Assembly: GCA_947630685.1 (NCBI GenBank)
Contig: CANRII010000001.1
Coordinates: 199-64,198, forward strand
DNA from: an uncultured Ruminiclostridium sp.
GTDB taxonomy: Bacteria; Bacillota; Clostridia; Oscillospirales; Ruminococcaceae
Direction: 5' to 3'
Length of the DNA stretch: 64,000 bases
Part shown: in pieces, positions 44,478-54,531 of the stretch
How positions within the stretch are numbered: the stretch's first letter is position 1
How the letters are laid out: the number at the start of each line of letters is the position of its first letter
The notes under the pieces: model-generated
Databases searched by the model: none
What the model was told of the DNA's origin: nothing
The model's input: the letters and a program-made list of their open reading frames with translations, nothing else
Made by a program: the position numbers and the translations under genes

Positions 44478-45386
44478 TTATCGACCGTAAAGATTCCTAT
44501 AACGCTGGATCAGTCCTTCTCGCAGTCCGATTTTTGGCGTCCAGCCTAAACGACCTATCTTTGTGCAATCCAGCTTTTCCCGCTGTGCTCCCTCGGGTTT
44601 TGATAAATCATGCTCTATCTCTCCGCAATATCCGCTTATTTCTTTCATAAGCTCCGCAAGATGAGAGATCGTATCCATTTCCGACGCACCGATATTTATA
44701 TAAGGTTCGGAAAAATCGCTGTTTATCAAGATATCTATAGCGCTTGCAAGATCATAAACGTGCAGAAATTCTCTTTTTACACGGCCGGTACCCCAAATAG
44801 TAACGGTTTTCGCACCATCTGCAACAGCTTGATAAAAACGTTCCATCATTGACGGCAATACCGATGACATATCGGGTTTGTACCCTTCTCCGTCCCCATA
44901 AAGATTTGGAAGCAGAACAGATGTATATCTAAGTCCCATACTCAAATTGTAGTATTCACAAAGTTTCATGCCGGCAGCCTTTGCCATACCGTATGGTTCT
45001 GTAGCTTTTTGGACATTTCCGTTAAAGATCATATCCTCTGTGAGCGGACCTTTCAGCCCCTCAGCATAAACACAACTTGCTCCAATATTAATTAGTCTTT
45101 CGACTCCGTTTTCAGCCGCCGCAGTAATGGAGTTGGCGCATATCAGCAAGTTATCCCTGTAATATTCCAGTGGTGAAGCCATATAGCTTGCTACGCCGCC
45201 GTGTTTTGCCGCCGAAAGGATCATAACATCAGGTTTCGTCTTGCGCAAATAATTACTGATCTGACTATGATCCCGCAGATCGACCTCCGCCGAGGATGTC
45301 GACGTCAGTTCTACGTCTTTGTCTTTATAATATCTGCGTATTGCACTTCCGACCAATCCGTTTTTTCCTGCTAAATATATCTTCAT
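44478..45386 (-). CDS. GDP-L-fucose-synthase-like epimerase/reductase (second copy; ColC-like candidate)
   Basis: GKNGLVGS, SAAKHGG, GASCVY, PYGMAK, WGTGRVKREFLHV, KPEG. Confidence 0.85.
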   Translation of the reverse strand: MKIYLAGKNGLVGSAIRRYYKDKDVELTSTSSAEVDLRDHSQISNYLRKTKPDVMILSAAKHGGVASYMASPLEYYRDNLLICANSITAAAENGVERLINIGASCVYAEGLKGPLTEDMIFNGNVQKATEPYGMAKAAGMKLCEYYNLSMGLRYTSVLLPNLYGDGEGYKPDMSSVLPSMMERFYQAVADGAKTVTIWGTGRVKREFLHVYDLASAIDILINSDFSEPYINIGASEMDTISHLAELMKEISGYCGEIEHDLSKPEGAQREKLDCTKIGRLGWTPKIGLREGLIQRYRNLYGR

Positions 45387-45459
45387 TCCGACATCACCTC
45401 CAAATGATCTTTTCCCGTATGTTTTATACTCAAGTCATTTCCTCCTTATTTATCTTTTC

Positions 45460-46626
45460 TCAAACTTTGTTCAACAGCTCGCAAAGTCTTATAATTTTCT
45501 CTCTTTCCAAACTCGGATAGTTGCCCGTATAAAGGCCATAGAAATGAATAAAATCCGCGTTTTTCAGTAAGGAAGGGTCAAATTCAGGCATACGACATCT
45601 AACAAAAGGCTGCCGAGCCAAATTTCCTCCGCCGGCTGTACCCCTTCTAAATTCCACGTTTTCCGATCTCAATAGTTCCGTCAGTACGTCAAACTGTTTA
45701 CGGTCGGGATGACGCAGAAGAATAATAAACGCATAATTGACCTGACCTTCCATCTTAAAATCCGTATAATACTTTTCGGGATCAAGATTTTCAATAAAAA
45801 GCTTAAAATTCTCTACCCGTCTTTTGTTGTTTTCGTCCAATCGCTTCAACTGATTCAACCCGATAACGGCATTCAATTCGGTACTGCGCATATTATAACC
45901 GGGTACCGCAAAAAGAAATTCCGGACGCAGCTCCGAATATTTCTTTGCATACTCCTGCTTCATGCTCTCGTCTGTTAATTCTCTTATCATACCGTGACTG
46001 CGGAACATACGGCACATCTGATAAAATCTATCGTCATTTGTGCATATTACTCCTCCTTCTATCGTACTCATATGATGAGCATAGTAAAATGAAAAGTTAG
46101 ACGCAAGACCAAACGATCCGCATTTCTTTCCGCCCATTGTTGTACCGTGAGATTCGCAGACATCTTCGATCAAAGGGATACCGCGTTTTTCAAGCTCTGT
46201 CAGCAAACCGAGAGTCAGACCGTTAAGGCCCAAAACATGGGTAAGAAATACTGCTCGCGTTTTATCTGTGATATGTGACAGTATCTCATTTTCGTCCATG
46301 GAAAGGGTACTGATATTAACATCCGCAAAAACCGGCGTAAGCCCTGCCGCAAGCACAGACGAAATGTCGCTGCTCCATGCTATAGGCGGAACTATTACTT
46401 CTCCCTCTCCGTAAAGCTCTTTAAGTACCGCCATGGTTATGTAATTCGCCGACGCTCCGGAATTAACGAACAAGCTGTGTTTAACTCCCAGCCAACTGCT
46501 CCAGGCATCCTCAAATTCCCGTACTTTTGATCCGTTGGTAAATCGATCTGATGTGCGGATAAAATCGATAAGCTTCTCTTTATCCTCTTGGGATATGTTG
46601 TTGCTCATTAAAGGAAGGTTAAGCAT
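45460..46626 (-). CDS. DegT/DnrJ-fold PLP enzyme with His at the catalytic Lys position (ColD-like 3-dehydratase)
   Basis: NSGASAN, EDVCESHG, FSFYYAHHMSTIEGG (H where aminotransferases have K), GYNMRSTE; 388 aa. Confidence 0.85.
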   Translation of the reverse strand: MLNLPLMSNNISQEDKEKLIDFIRTSDRFTNGSKVREFEDAWSSWLGVKHSLFVNSGASANYITMAVLKELYGEGEVIVPPIAWSSDISSVLAAGLTPVFADVNISTLSMDENEILSHITDKTRAVFLTHVLGLNGLTLGLLTELEKRGIPLIEDVCESHGTTMGGKKCGSFGLASNFSFYYAHHMSTIEGGVICTNDDRFYQMCRMFRSHGMIRELTDESMKQEYAKKYSELRPEFLFAVPGYNMRSTELNAVIGLNQLKRLDENNKRRVENFKLFIENLDPEKYYTDFKMEGQVNYAFIILLRHPDRKQFDVLTELLRSENVEFRRGTAGGGNLARQPFVRCRMPEFDPSLLKNADFIHFYGLYTGNYPSLEREKIIRLCELLNKV

Positions 46627-46671
46627 ACAGCCTGCCTCCCCTCTGTTTTAAGGATCGGCTTGGCGGTAATA

Positions 46672-47037
46672 TTATGACATCCGGAAGATGTCTAATACCC
46701 CCCCACCCCAATCATTTTCAACACCAACGTCATACAAGCTGATCAGTAAAGTATCTTCCAAATACTTGAAACTATGTACCGTATTAGTTTCTATGGCGAA
46801 AAAATCTCCTGACGAAAAAGTTTTGTTCTGTTGTTCCCCGTCTAATGATAATGTAACCTCGCAAGAACCGCTGATTATATAGAACGCTTCTCTGTTTTTC
46901 TTGTGATAATGCCCACCCCGAACGGTATTACCCTTTGAAAATATAACATTAACTTGACGCCAACCGTCATGCACCAGTTGTGCTAAGCTTCCCCGTTCAT
47001 CCTCATGTATAAAATCGGGATGCATAATCTTATACAT
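46672..47037 (-). CDS. Cupin-fold sugar-nucleotide isomerase/epimerase (QdtA/WxcM-like)
   Basis: DERGSL, RGGHYH, HSF; ATG 47037 overlaps the upstream stop (TAATG). Confidence 0.75.
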   Translation of the reverse strand: MYKIMHPDFIHEDERGSLAQLVHDGWRQVNVIFSKGNTVRGGHYHKKNREAFYIISGSCEVTLSLDGEQQNKTFSSGDFFAIETNTVHSFKYLEDTLLISLYDVGVENDWGGGVLDIFRMS

Positions 47038-47981
47038 TACAAGTCCTCCTTTTGCTGCACAATATTCTTCAAATACCACTCATACTCCCGTTTTAAGCCT
47101 TCAGACAATGTTACTTTCGGACTCCAACCCATGGCAATAATTTTTTGGCTATCCAACAGACGACGCGGCATACCGTCGGGCTTTGTGGTGTCATAGTATA
47201 TTTGGCCTTCATATCCAACCGTTTTGCGAATTTCCTCTGCTAATTCCCGAATTGACATTGTGAAACCCATTCCTATGTTGATGGTCCCTATTTCATCATA
47301 ATGTTCCATGATCAACATGCAGGCGTCCGCTGCGTCATCAATGTGCATAAACTCCCGTTCTGCACTTCCGGTCCCCCATATCTCCACACGATTTTTGCCG
47401 GTTGTTTTTGCCTGATGAAACCTCTTGAGCAATGCCGGTATCACATGGTTGCCTTCATCAAAGCTATCGTTTTCACCATAAACATTTGCAGGAATACAGC
47501 TTACGAAATTATCGCCATATTGTCGTTTATAATAATCACACAAACGCACGCCTGCGATTTTTGCTATAGCATATCCCTCGTTTGTAGGTTCAGGCAAGCC
47601 TGTCAGCAAGTATTCCTCTTTTACGGGCTGAGCCGCTTCTCTCGGATATATACAGGACGAACCAAGATAAAGCAGTTTTTTTACACCTGTTTCATGTGCA
47701 GCTTTGAGAACATTGCAAGTGATCAGCAGATTTTCCATGGCAAAATCCGCCATGTATGCATTGTTCACGTCGATGCCGCCTACTTTAGCCGCTGCAACGA
47801 AAACATATTCTGGTTTTTCGTCTTCAAAGAACTTTTTAGTTGCAGCTCCATCTGTCAGATCAAGCTCGGTATGTGTCCGGGTGAGGATATTGTCAAAACC
47901 GTTCCGTTCCAATGCGCGCATTATAGCGGAACCAAACAACCCGCTGTGACCGGCCACATAAATTTTTGAATCTTTTTTCAT
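47037..47981 (-). CDS. fcl: GDP-L-fucose synthase family epimerase/reductase
   Basis: IYVAGHSGLFGSA, AAAKVGGI, LGSSCIYP, PTNEGYAIAK, HVIPAL, WGTGSAEREF, KPDGMPR. Confidence 0.9.
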   Translation of the reverse strand: MKKDSKIYVAGHSGLFGSAIMRALERNGFDNILTRTHTELDLTDGAATKKFFEDEKPEYVFVAAAKVGGIDVNNAYMADFAMENLLITCNVLKAAHETGVKKLLYLGSSCIYPREAAQPVKEEYLLTGLPEPTNEGYAIAKIAGVRLCDYYKRQYGDNFVSCIPANVYGENDSFDEGNHVIPALLKRFHQAKTTGKNRVEIWGTGSAEREFMHIDDAADACMLIMEHYDEIGTINIGMGFTMSIRELAEEIRKTVGYEGQIYYDTTKPDGMPRRLLDSQKIIAMGWSPKVTLSEGLKREYEWYLKNIVQQKEDL

Positions 47982-48166
47982 GTGTGATACCACCCTTACT
48001 ATAATAAATTTAGAAGTTAGATCCATAACAAGCCGTTATGGTCTTAATACACTTATACAATGTATAATGACAGGCAAACTCATAGTATATCCTCCTTTTT
48101 TAATCAAAAATCCCAACAGGTATAAACCGTTTTGTAAGGCAAATAAAGACTTTTTGCCCTCCAAAA

Positions 48167-48791
48167 TTATATAAGTTTCATTACTTCCGCAGTCTTGCGG
48201 GCGATTTTCTCGCTGCCTTCTTTTGAAAAATGGACTCGATCACGATGGATCTCGCTAAACATAAGCGAATAAAGATCATTGACTTTCAGTTTATATTTTT
48301 CGGCGATCTTTTTTGCGATTTGATTGCGCTTTATTATTTCGTTATTGATTTTTTCATCCAGTTCAGATAAGTTACTCTGTTTAACAATAGAAGTAGTTAG
48401 TGCGATCGTCAAATCGGGAATATATCTCAAAACATAAGTAACCAATTTTTCATACGCTTTTTCAAACTCATCAATGGAATCGCTTTGAATTGCATTTCCA
48501 AATCCGTCAATGCCGTGTACGCCGATTTGAATCTGCGCTTTGTACTGACGGTACTCCTCATAGGAAAAGAATAGATCAAGCGTTTTATAAAACTTATCGT
48601 CAGAAATATTTGTAGTTGTCGCAAAAAAGTCTACCGGCTTTTTTGTTAACTGCGCAAGCGGCCCTCTGTACTCACGAGCAACCGAATCACCTATCAGCAG
48701 TATCCTGTCGGTGCGTTTTTCATTTGCATAGTCAAACCAGAAATTAAGCCATTCAACGTATTCTCTGCCTTTAATTATACCCCCCCCGCAT
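48167..48791 (-). pseudogene. SGNH/GDSL hydrolase-family gene lacking an in-frame start in the G8 state
   Basis: Open frame IKGREYVEW...RILLIGDSV...DRVH continues into track ORF 48167..48445. ATG 48791 is out of frame by one base across the run at 48780-48787. Confidence 0.75.
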
Positions 48792-51495
48792 TATTTTGGG
48801 GTTCCGCAGCAGACTGCATATTGGAAGCAGCGGCTTTTTCTTTAGCGTCTTTCTCGTTGATATCTATAACTGCTTCCTCTTTGAAATTTCTAACATCATA
48901 TTTATTTTTTCTTACATATTGTTGAAATAAATTCATTCTATTCTTGTCGGAAGTAACAAACACTTCCCATCTATCACTATACAAAGCGGCAATTGTCGGA
49001 AAATAACTTTGGCTTGCAATAATAACTTTTCCAAGGGCCATTAACTGAATATCCCTGTAACTTTCTTCTCCTTTATTTGAATCCACAAAAAACAACTTAT
49101 CTTTTTCGATCTTATCAATTCCCAACTGCTCTAAATTTAATTTACACCATTTTATGTCATCTGAGAAAATAAAGATTTTTTTGTTTAGATAATCATCGAT
49201 TTTCATTACCGATTGAATGGTTGATTTATAATATTCATTATCAACAGACACACCGGCTGTAACATAATCTCCTCGTCTTACATGCATGACAATAGCGTCA
49301 CATGACGTCATTTCATCAGCTAAACTAATTAGTTGTTCGCTTTCAAAAGGTGGAAATGCTATAAAATCACTCAACTTAAAATCATAATATTGCTTTAAGG
49401 TTTCTATTCTTAACAATAAATTGTAATACATGTGCGGGCTTTTGAATTCAATAAAATCTTTTTTGTTTTCCCCACATAAATAACACGGAGCTCCTTTAGC
49501 GTTTTTTTCATATCTTACATAATTAAAACTCTGTGTCATGTAAGTATATTTTTCTGATAATTTCAAATAGATTTTTTTGAACAATTGATTGCCATATTCT
49601 CGTATTGGCGTCAGTCTGGGTGATAGCTTCGAAGTTAATAAACTCATCGGTTCTTTAGCAAATTTATCGACCTCAAATCCGTTGAATGCAGAACACTTAG
49701 TCGTATCATAAATAACTTTTTTATGCGCATACTTTTCAATAATTTTTCCCATTACAAAATTGCACAGCTGATCGCCTAATCCTGCTTCTATATTAACTGT
49801 CACTATGTCAGGATCTAATAATTCCGTAAGATCCATAATTGGAATAAAGTCATTAATATCAGCAGGATCTTTGTTATCGCCTATAACAAATACAAACCTC
49901 TCATTTTTCAATAAGTCGCAATAATTTATAAAATACAAGCTTTCAACAAGCTCCTGCTTACTGTTAAATCTTAGATATGTCGGCTTGTTGCCATCTTTAT
50001 TTCTTGCCTTTTCAACATAATAGTCATAGCTGTATGTCAATGCGTCGGCGCTGTCTATAGAACAGATATAGCCGTCGGCGATAATTTTCTTATAATCAAG
50101 CTCTTTCGCATTAAATTCAAATTTCCTTATAGGCGTTTCGGAATTTGGATTCAACACGAGCCAGCAGTTATTTACCAAGGGCACATACACGTCACCATTA
50201 TCTTCCGTAAATTCTTTTACAGATATATACGGATACTCTTTAAGAAAAGCTATATTTTTCTCTTTGAATTTTCTTGCAGAGTTCACAGAAATACAATCGC
50301 TGTTGCTTAAAATATTAGAAACGATTTTTTTGTATTCTGCTGCATTTTCGCAATTGCTGCATAGCAAATAAACCGCAATAATATCGTTCAGCTCCAGCTT
50401 AAAATAACGGGTGTAAAGCTCGACCAGTTCAATATCAGCGGTAATTTTTTTACTTTGCACATCAACTGCGTATTCTGCAAGACGATATTTATTTTCAACA
50501 TCAAGAAATTGTCTGAGCTTTATTATATTATCAAAAAATTCACAAGTACCTGACTGAAGTTTGCTCAGCTTATCTACGTTGAGCATATTATCGTCAATAT
50601 ACTTCAAATGCTCCGCATTGTGAGAAATTATATCTTTTGATAGTCTTGAAAGCAAAGTCTTGAAAAAGTCGCTTGTATATCCGTAAAAATGCGGTTTATA
50701 TGCGTCTGTGTTTTTATTGACGATGATATCGTAGATCTCTTCAGCAACAGCCTTAGCCGAATCCGCGCTCATCTGGATATAAGGAAACCAACATTCAACA
50801 TATTTCGGCGGGATGTTATTACAATGTTCATTTACAACTAAGCAATGTGTTCTTTCGATAAAATAATTGTCTATCCGCTCCATCATCCCAACAAATTGTC
50901 CGGATAACTTTTCAAACACTCCGACGTCATGGTCGCTCATATAAAAACGCGAGCAATTTGAACGGATAAGAATAATATGATCCGGATCGTACTCTTTCAA
51001 GACGATATCAATAAATCTGTCATAATAATACTTCCAGTTGAACGAGCCTGTGAAAGGAAACGTTCTTCTTGTGAACCCGCCCTCGCTGTTTTTTATGGCG
51101 TTTCTTATTTCTTCGGTAGTATATTCGGAATAAACCATGTCTGCTTTTTCCAGAACAGGAAGTTCTATGCTGGAATTCATATAAATCAGATATTCTGATG
51201 TGTTGCTCAATCTAACCTCTTTGCTTCTGGGTTGAATATTGTAATTATCGGAAAAATTCTTTGGATCGTGCGACAATACCTTATCTAAATTTTTTCTTAT
51301 ATTAAGCAGTTCGTGTGGCTTCAAATCAGGCATATCGGAGTATTTCTGATATGCCTGATCAAACGTGCCTGTCATTGCTAAGGGGCTGCAGCCATTAATC
51401 ATACTTTCAGTCAATATGCCCATATTATTTAATTTTTTACTAACCGAATCAAGAAAACTGCCTATAATTTGTATTCTGTTTTTGTGACACGACAT
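48775..51495 (-). CDS. Large protein with C-terminal GT11 (alpha-1,2-fucosyltransferase-like) domain
   Basis: AGLGDQL, MHVRRGDYV, FIFSDDIKWC, DIQLM...SQSYF...AALY; about 570 aa unassigned N-terminal region. Confidence 0.82.
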   Translation of the reverse strand: MSCHKNRIQIIGSFLDSVSKKLNNMGILTESMINGCSPLAMTGTFDQAYQKYSDMPDLKPHELLNIRKNLDKVLSHDPKNFSDNYNIQPRSKEVRLSNTSEYLIYMNSSIELPVLEKADMVYSEYTTEEIRNAIKNSEGGFTRRTFPFTGSFNWKYYYDRFIDIVLKEYDPDHIILIRSNCSRFYMSDHDVGVFEKLSGQFVGMMERIDNYFIERTHCLVVNEHCNNIPPKYVECWFPYIQMSADSAKAVAEEIYDIIVNKNTDAYKPHFYGYTSDFFKTLLSRLSKDIISHNAEHLKYIDDNMLNVDKLSKLQSGTCEFFDNIIKLRQFLDVENKYRLAEYAVDVQSKKITADIELVELYTRYFKLELNDIIAVYLLCSNCENAAEYKKIVSNILSNSDCISVNSARKFKEKNIAFLKEYPYISVKEFTEDNGDVYVPLVNNCWLVLNPNSETPIRKFEFNAKELDYKKIIADGYICSIDSADALTYSYDYYVEKARNKDGNKPTYLRFNSKQELVESLYFINYCDLLKNERFVFVIGDNKDPADINDFIPIMDLTELLDPDIVTVNIEAGLGDQLCNFVMGKIIEKYAHKKVIYDTTKCSAFNGFEVDKFAKEPMSLLTSKLSPRLTPIREYGNQLFKKIYLKLSEKYTYMTQSFNYVRYEKNAKGAPCYLCGENKKDFIEFKSPHMYYNLLLRIETLKQYYDFKLSDFIAFPPFESEQLISLADEMTSCDAIVMHVRRGDYVTAGVSVDNEYYKSTIQSVMKIDDYLNKKIFIFSDDIKWCKLNLEQLGIDKIEKDKLFFVDSNKGEESYRDIQLMALGKVIIASQSYFPTIAALYSDRWEVFVTSDKNRMNLFQQYVRKNKYDVRNFKEEAVIDINEKDAKEKAAASNMQSAAEPQNNAGGV

Positions 51496-51600
51496 ATATC
51501 TACTCTCCTTTAATAGTATTAAGATATATTCCCCGTTATTTATATTGCTGCAAAATCATTTCAAATCCTGCGAGCAATATAAAATATAAAAGGAAATAAA

Positions 51601-51993
51601 TCACATCATATCTATAAGTTTACCATGCTTTTCATATCGGCTGGTTCTGAAGATTCGATTTTCTTCGTCCACAAACACAACCTTCGGAGGATTATTTTTT
51701 ATTTCCTCCGGACTCATATCCGCATATGACATGATTATAACAAAGTCGCCTTTCTGACCGCAGCGTGCAGCCGCTCCGTTAAGACAAATAACACCGCTTC
51801 CGCGTTCTCCGGCAATCACATAAGTTTCGATCCTGCTACCGCTATTAATATTCACTATATGAACATGCTCATATTCCACTATTCCTGAAGCATCCATAAG
51901 GTCTTCATCAATAGTGATACTCCCTACATAATTAAGCTCTGCCTGTGTAATAACGGCACGGTGAATCTTGCTTTTTAATACAGAAATATTCAT
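51601..51993 (-). CDS. panD: Aspartate 1-decarboxylase
   Basis: [11 protein letters not shown]|SITID self-cleavage site, [16 protein letters not shown]. Confidence 0.95.
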   Translation of the reverse strand: MNISVLKSKIHRAVITQAELNYVGSITIDEDLMDASGIVEYEHVHIVNINSGSRIETYVIAGERGSGVICLNGAAARCGQKGDFVIIMSYADMSPEEIKNNPPKVVFVDEENRIFRTSRYEKHGKLIDMM

Positions 51994-52127
51994 TTCTCTT
52001 CCTCCATTTATTTTGTTTTTTTATTTCAACACCATATATGATATGGTGCGAATAAACCATAATACATCCGGGTTATAACCCTACATTATTGTTTAATGTC
52101 TCAGATGTTATTCTAAAACAGCTTATA

Positions 52128-54443
52128 CTATATAGAAGCCGTTTTTCTAATATCATCTAATTTCCCTTCAAGAGTTTGTACTTTCTCTTGCATTGTTTTG
52201 ACCAAATTTTTTTCTTTTCGAATATCATGTGGTATCCACGTGGTATCAATATATATAATGTCTCCATCGTCAACTTTACGAGAATACTTAAACGGTTTGT
52301 CATGAGTTATTGATTTTGTTTCGTTAAATACTATCTCGCCATTGACAATAAGCTTTTGAAAATCCATTTTTATAGGGATCCTGCTATTATCTGCATATTT
52401 AACATCCATCGTTCTTAAGAAAATATCAAATCTCCCGCTTTTTTTACAACGAAATATAATACTTATTGAGCCGGAACTTGACTGAATTATATAGCCGTTC
52501 CCATTTTTATTGAACCAAGTCGGTGAAGAAATTGACGCATTTGTATCTGATACTTTTATAAGCTCAATTCTGTTATCATCAGAATCAGAATTTTTTATAT
52601 CTATTCTTCCGGTAATATAAAAATCTATCAACTCGTGAAAACGTAGTGATGACCGACTTGTGCTGTAGTTTGGCTCGTCTTTATTATACTTAGCTGCGGT
52701 ATTTTTTATAAAATCCGCCGGTAATGAGGGGGTTGCTTTAGGCGATGAAATATCTTCAATTATATTACATATTGCAAGTGCCGCAAAAACGTTTCGCATC
52801 GGAAAATACGACCTTTTCTTAGAATCGTCGGAAATATAATTATATACTTCTTCGTTGTAATAAAGCAAAAATGTATTTTTCATTTCATTACTGTGAAAAG
52901 CGTCGCTTAACAATTGCTCAGGCAGCTTTGAGTCAAACTTTTTGACCTTAGCCATTTGAACAGCTTTTACATCTGTTTTTATACAACTGTTGTTTTGAAC
53001 ATCAACATAAGGAAAAGCTTTATTAACCGTTTTTACATTTTGAATTGTAGAGTCCTTAAATCCGCGATTACTGTCAAATTTAAAGTCAAGCAGCTTACTA
53101 CAATAACGATCCAATATTATAGCGTAAAGTGCACTCATATCATCTTTGTCCCGTGAAACATACAGCTTCAACTTTTGCAAATCTGAGTCTAAAAGCGGAG
53201 ATAAATAAAAAACATTTGAATAGTAATTTTCCACAGTCATCTTTCCAAAATGACTTCTGTTTCCTGTTTCACGCCATAAAATATTTGCTAAATTTTGAGG
53301 GTCTATAGATGCTCTTCCAAACGATTTGAATTTATCTCTGATTTCGCTGAAAGTTTTTTCAAATATGGTTTTTATAGATTCTCTGTATTTTTCAATATCA
53401 TCAAAGCGATACTGCAAACCGAAATTTATTAGTTTTTCTATGAAAAATGTTTCATTTTTACACCAATACACACGATCTCTTACGCATTCTCCTCCAAAGC
53501 CCGAGAAACTGTATTTAGGTTTTTTATAACGAAACATATGAAAATGATTTTCCTTATGAAAACATGCTTGCATATACCAAGAAATATTAAGAGCATCTTC
53601 CAAACTGTAATTATCCGCTTCTGCAGAAAAAGTTTGATTGTTCAAACCAAAACCAAAATATTTAGAAATCTGTGAGGCGATTTCATAATCTTCAGTATGA
53701 GTATGTAAGCCGTCATTTAAGGATTTAACAAACATTTTATTCAAATCCACGCCTGAATTTAATGCTAACGCAAATACTACTCTGGAGTCGAATCCGCCCG
53801 TTAATTCAAATTTTATATCTTCGCCGTTTTCCGCAAGACTTTTTATTATTCCTATCCATTTTCTGTACCAATTATCAAGTATTGATATTCCCTCTTCAGA
53901 GTCAAGCTCAACGGTGTTTTCTTTATAGTCTACACAATACCAGTCAATAGATTTATCTGAAATATTTAATTCAACAACTGCGCTGCGATCCAAAAGTGAT
54001 ATCTCATTTACCATGGTTTCGGAATAAACATAAGAGCTCAGATTGGATGTAAGCATAAAATTCGCATAATTTCGATTAAAAGTTATTTTTCGGGATGCCT
54101 TTATATAATCAATAAGATATATAAACGAATTGCTTAAGGCAAAATAACTCTCATCTTTGTATAAATACAAACCGTAAGAACCAATAAAATCTTGTTTTAT
54201 TGTGATTTTATTGCCGTCACGTTTTATATACATATATGCTCCGCTGCCATTTGGCTCAGCACCTGCAAGCGATTCAAATTTATCGGTTATCACATTATTA
54301 ATAACGCAGAAACCGTATAGTTTGCTCGTTACATTCTGCATATTGTCAGAATCAATTACAAAAAATGCCTCGTTCGGATCAAAATTCCTAGTATTGACAT
54401 TTTCATTTGTTGATCCTTTATTCAAAAAATTCATTTCAACCAC
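52128..54443 (-). CDS. Asparagine-synthetase-like ATP pyrophosphatase domain protein (no N-terminal Cys)
   Basis: DFIGSYGLY Ntn-like segment, LTGGFDSR PP-loop, SGFGGECVR, SPLLD; C-terminal beta-rich domain and short coiled coil. Confidence 0.65.
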   Translation of the reverse strand: MVEMNFLNKGSTNENVNTRNFDPNEAFFVIDSDNMQNVTSKLYGFCVINNVITDKFESLAGAEPNGSGAYMYIKRDGNKITIKQDFIGSYGLYLYKDESYFALSNSFIYLIDYIKASRKITFNRNYANFMLTSNLSSYVYSETMVNEISLLDRSAVVELNISDKSIDWYCVDYKENTVELDSEEGISILDNWYRKWIGIIKSLAENGEDIKFELTGGFDSRVVFALALNSGVDLNKMFVKSLNDGLHTHTEDYEIASQISKYFGFGLNNQTFSAEADNYSLEDALNISWYMQACFHKENHFHMFRYKKPKYSFSGFGGECVRDRVYWCKNETFFIEKLINFGLQYRFDDIEKYRESIKTIFEKTFSEIRDKFKSFGRASIDPQNLANILWRETGNRSHFGKMTVENYYSNVFYLSPLLDSDLQKLKLYVSRDKDDMSALYAIILDRYCSKLLDFKFDSNRGFKDSTIQNVKTVNKAFPYVDVQNNSCIKTDVKAVQMAKVKKFDSKLPEQLLSDAFHSNEMKNTFLLYYNEEVYNYISDDSKKRSYFPMRNVFAALAICNIIEDISSPKATPSLPADFIKNTAAKYNKDEPNYSTSRSSLRFHELIDFYITGRIDIKNSDSDDNRIELIKVSDTNASISSPTWFNKNGNGYIIQSSSGSISIIFRCKKSGRFDIFLRTMDVKYADNSRIPIKMDFQKLIVNGEIVFNETKSITHDKPFKYSRKVDDGDIIYIDTTWIPHDIRKEKNLVKTMQEKVQTLEGKLDDIRKTASI

Positions 54444-54531
54444 CTCTATACTATCACTTTCGTGGCTTTTGCCGCGATTAGTTTCTTTTAATATAAATTC
54501 CTATTCGTCCGGCGATTCGCTTTATCATTAT

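Noticed and set aside
48427-48624. Separate 65-aa minus-strand gene
   Set aside because: Alternative frame overlapping the SGNH reading frame, which carries the GDS and DxxH motifs.
52030-52048. Palindrome CACCATAT-ATG-ATATGGTG upstream of panD as an operator
   Set aside because: Single 8-bp AT-rich inverted repeat, no second copy and no linked regulator; may be chance.
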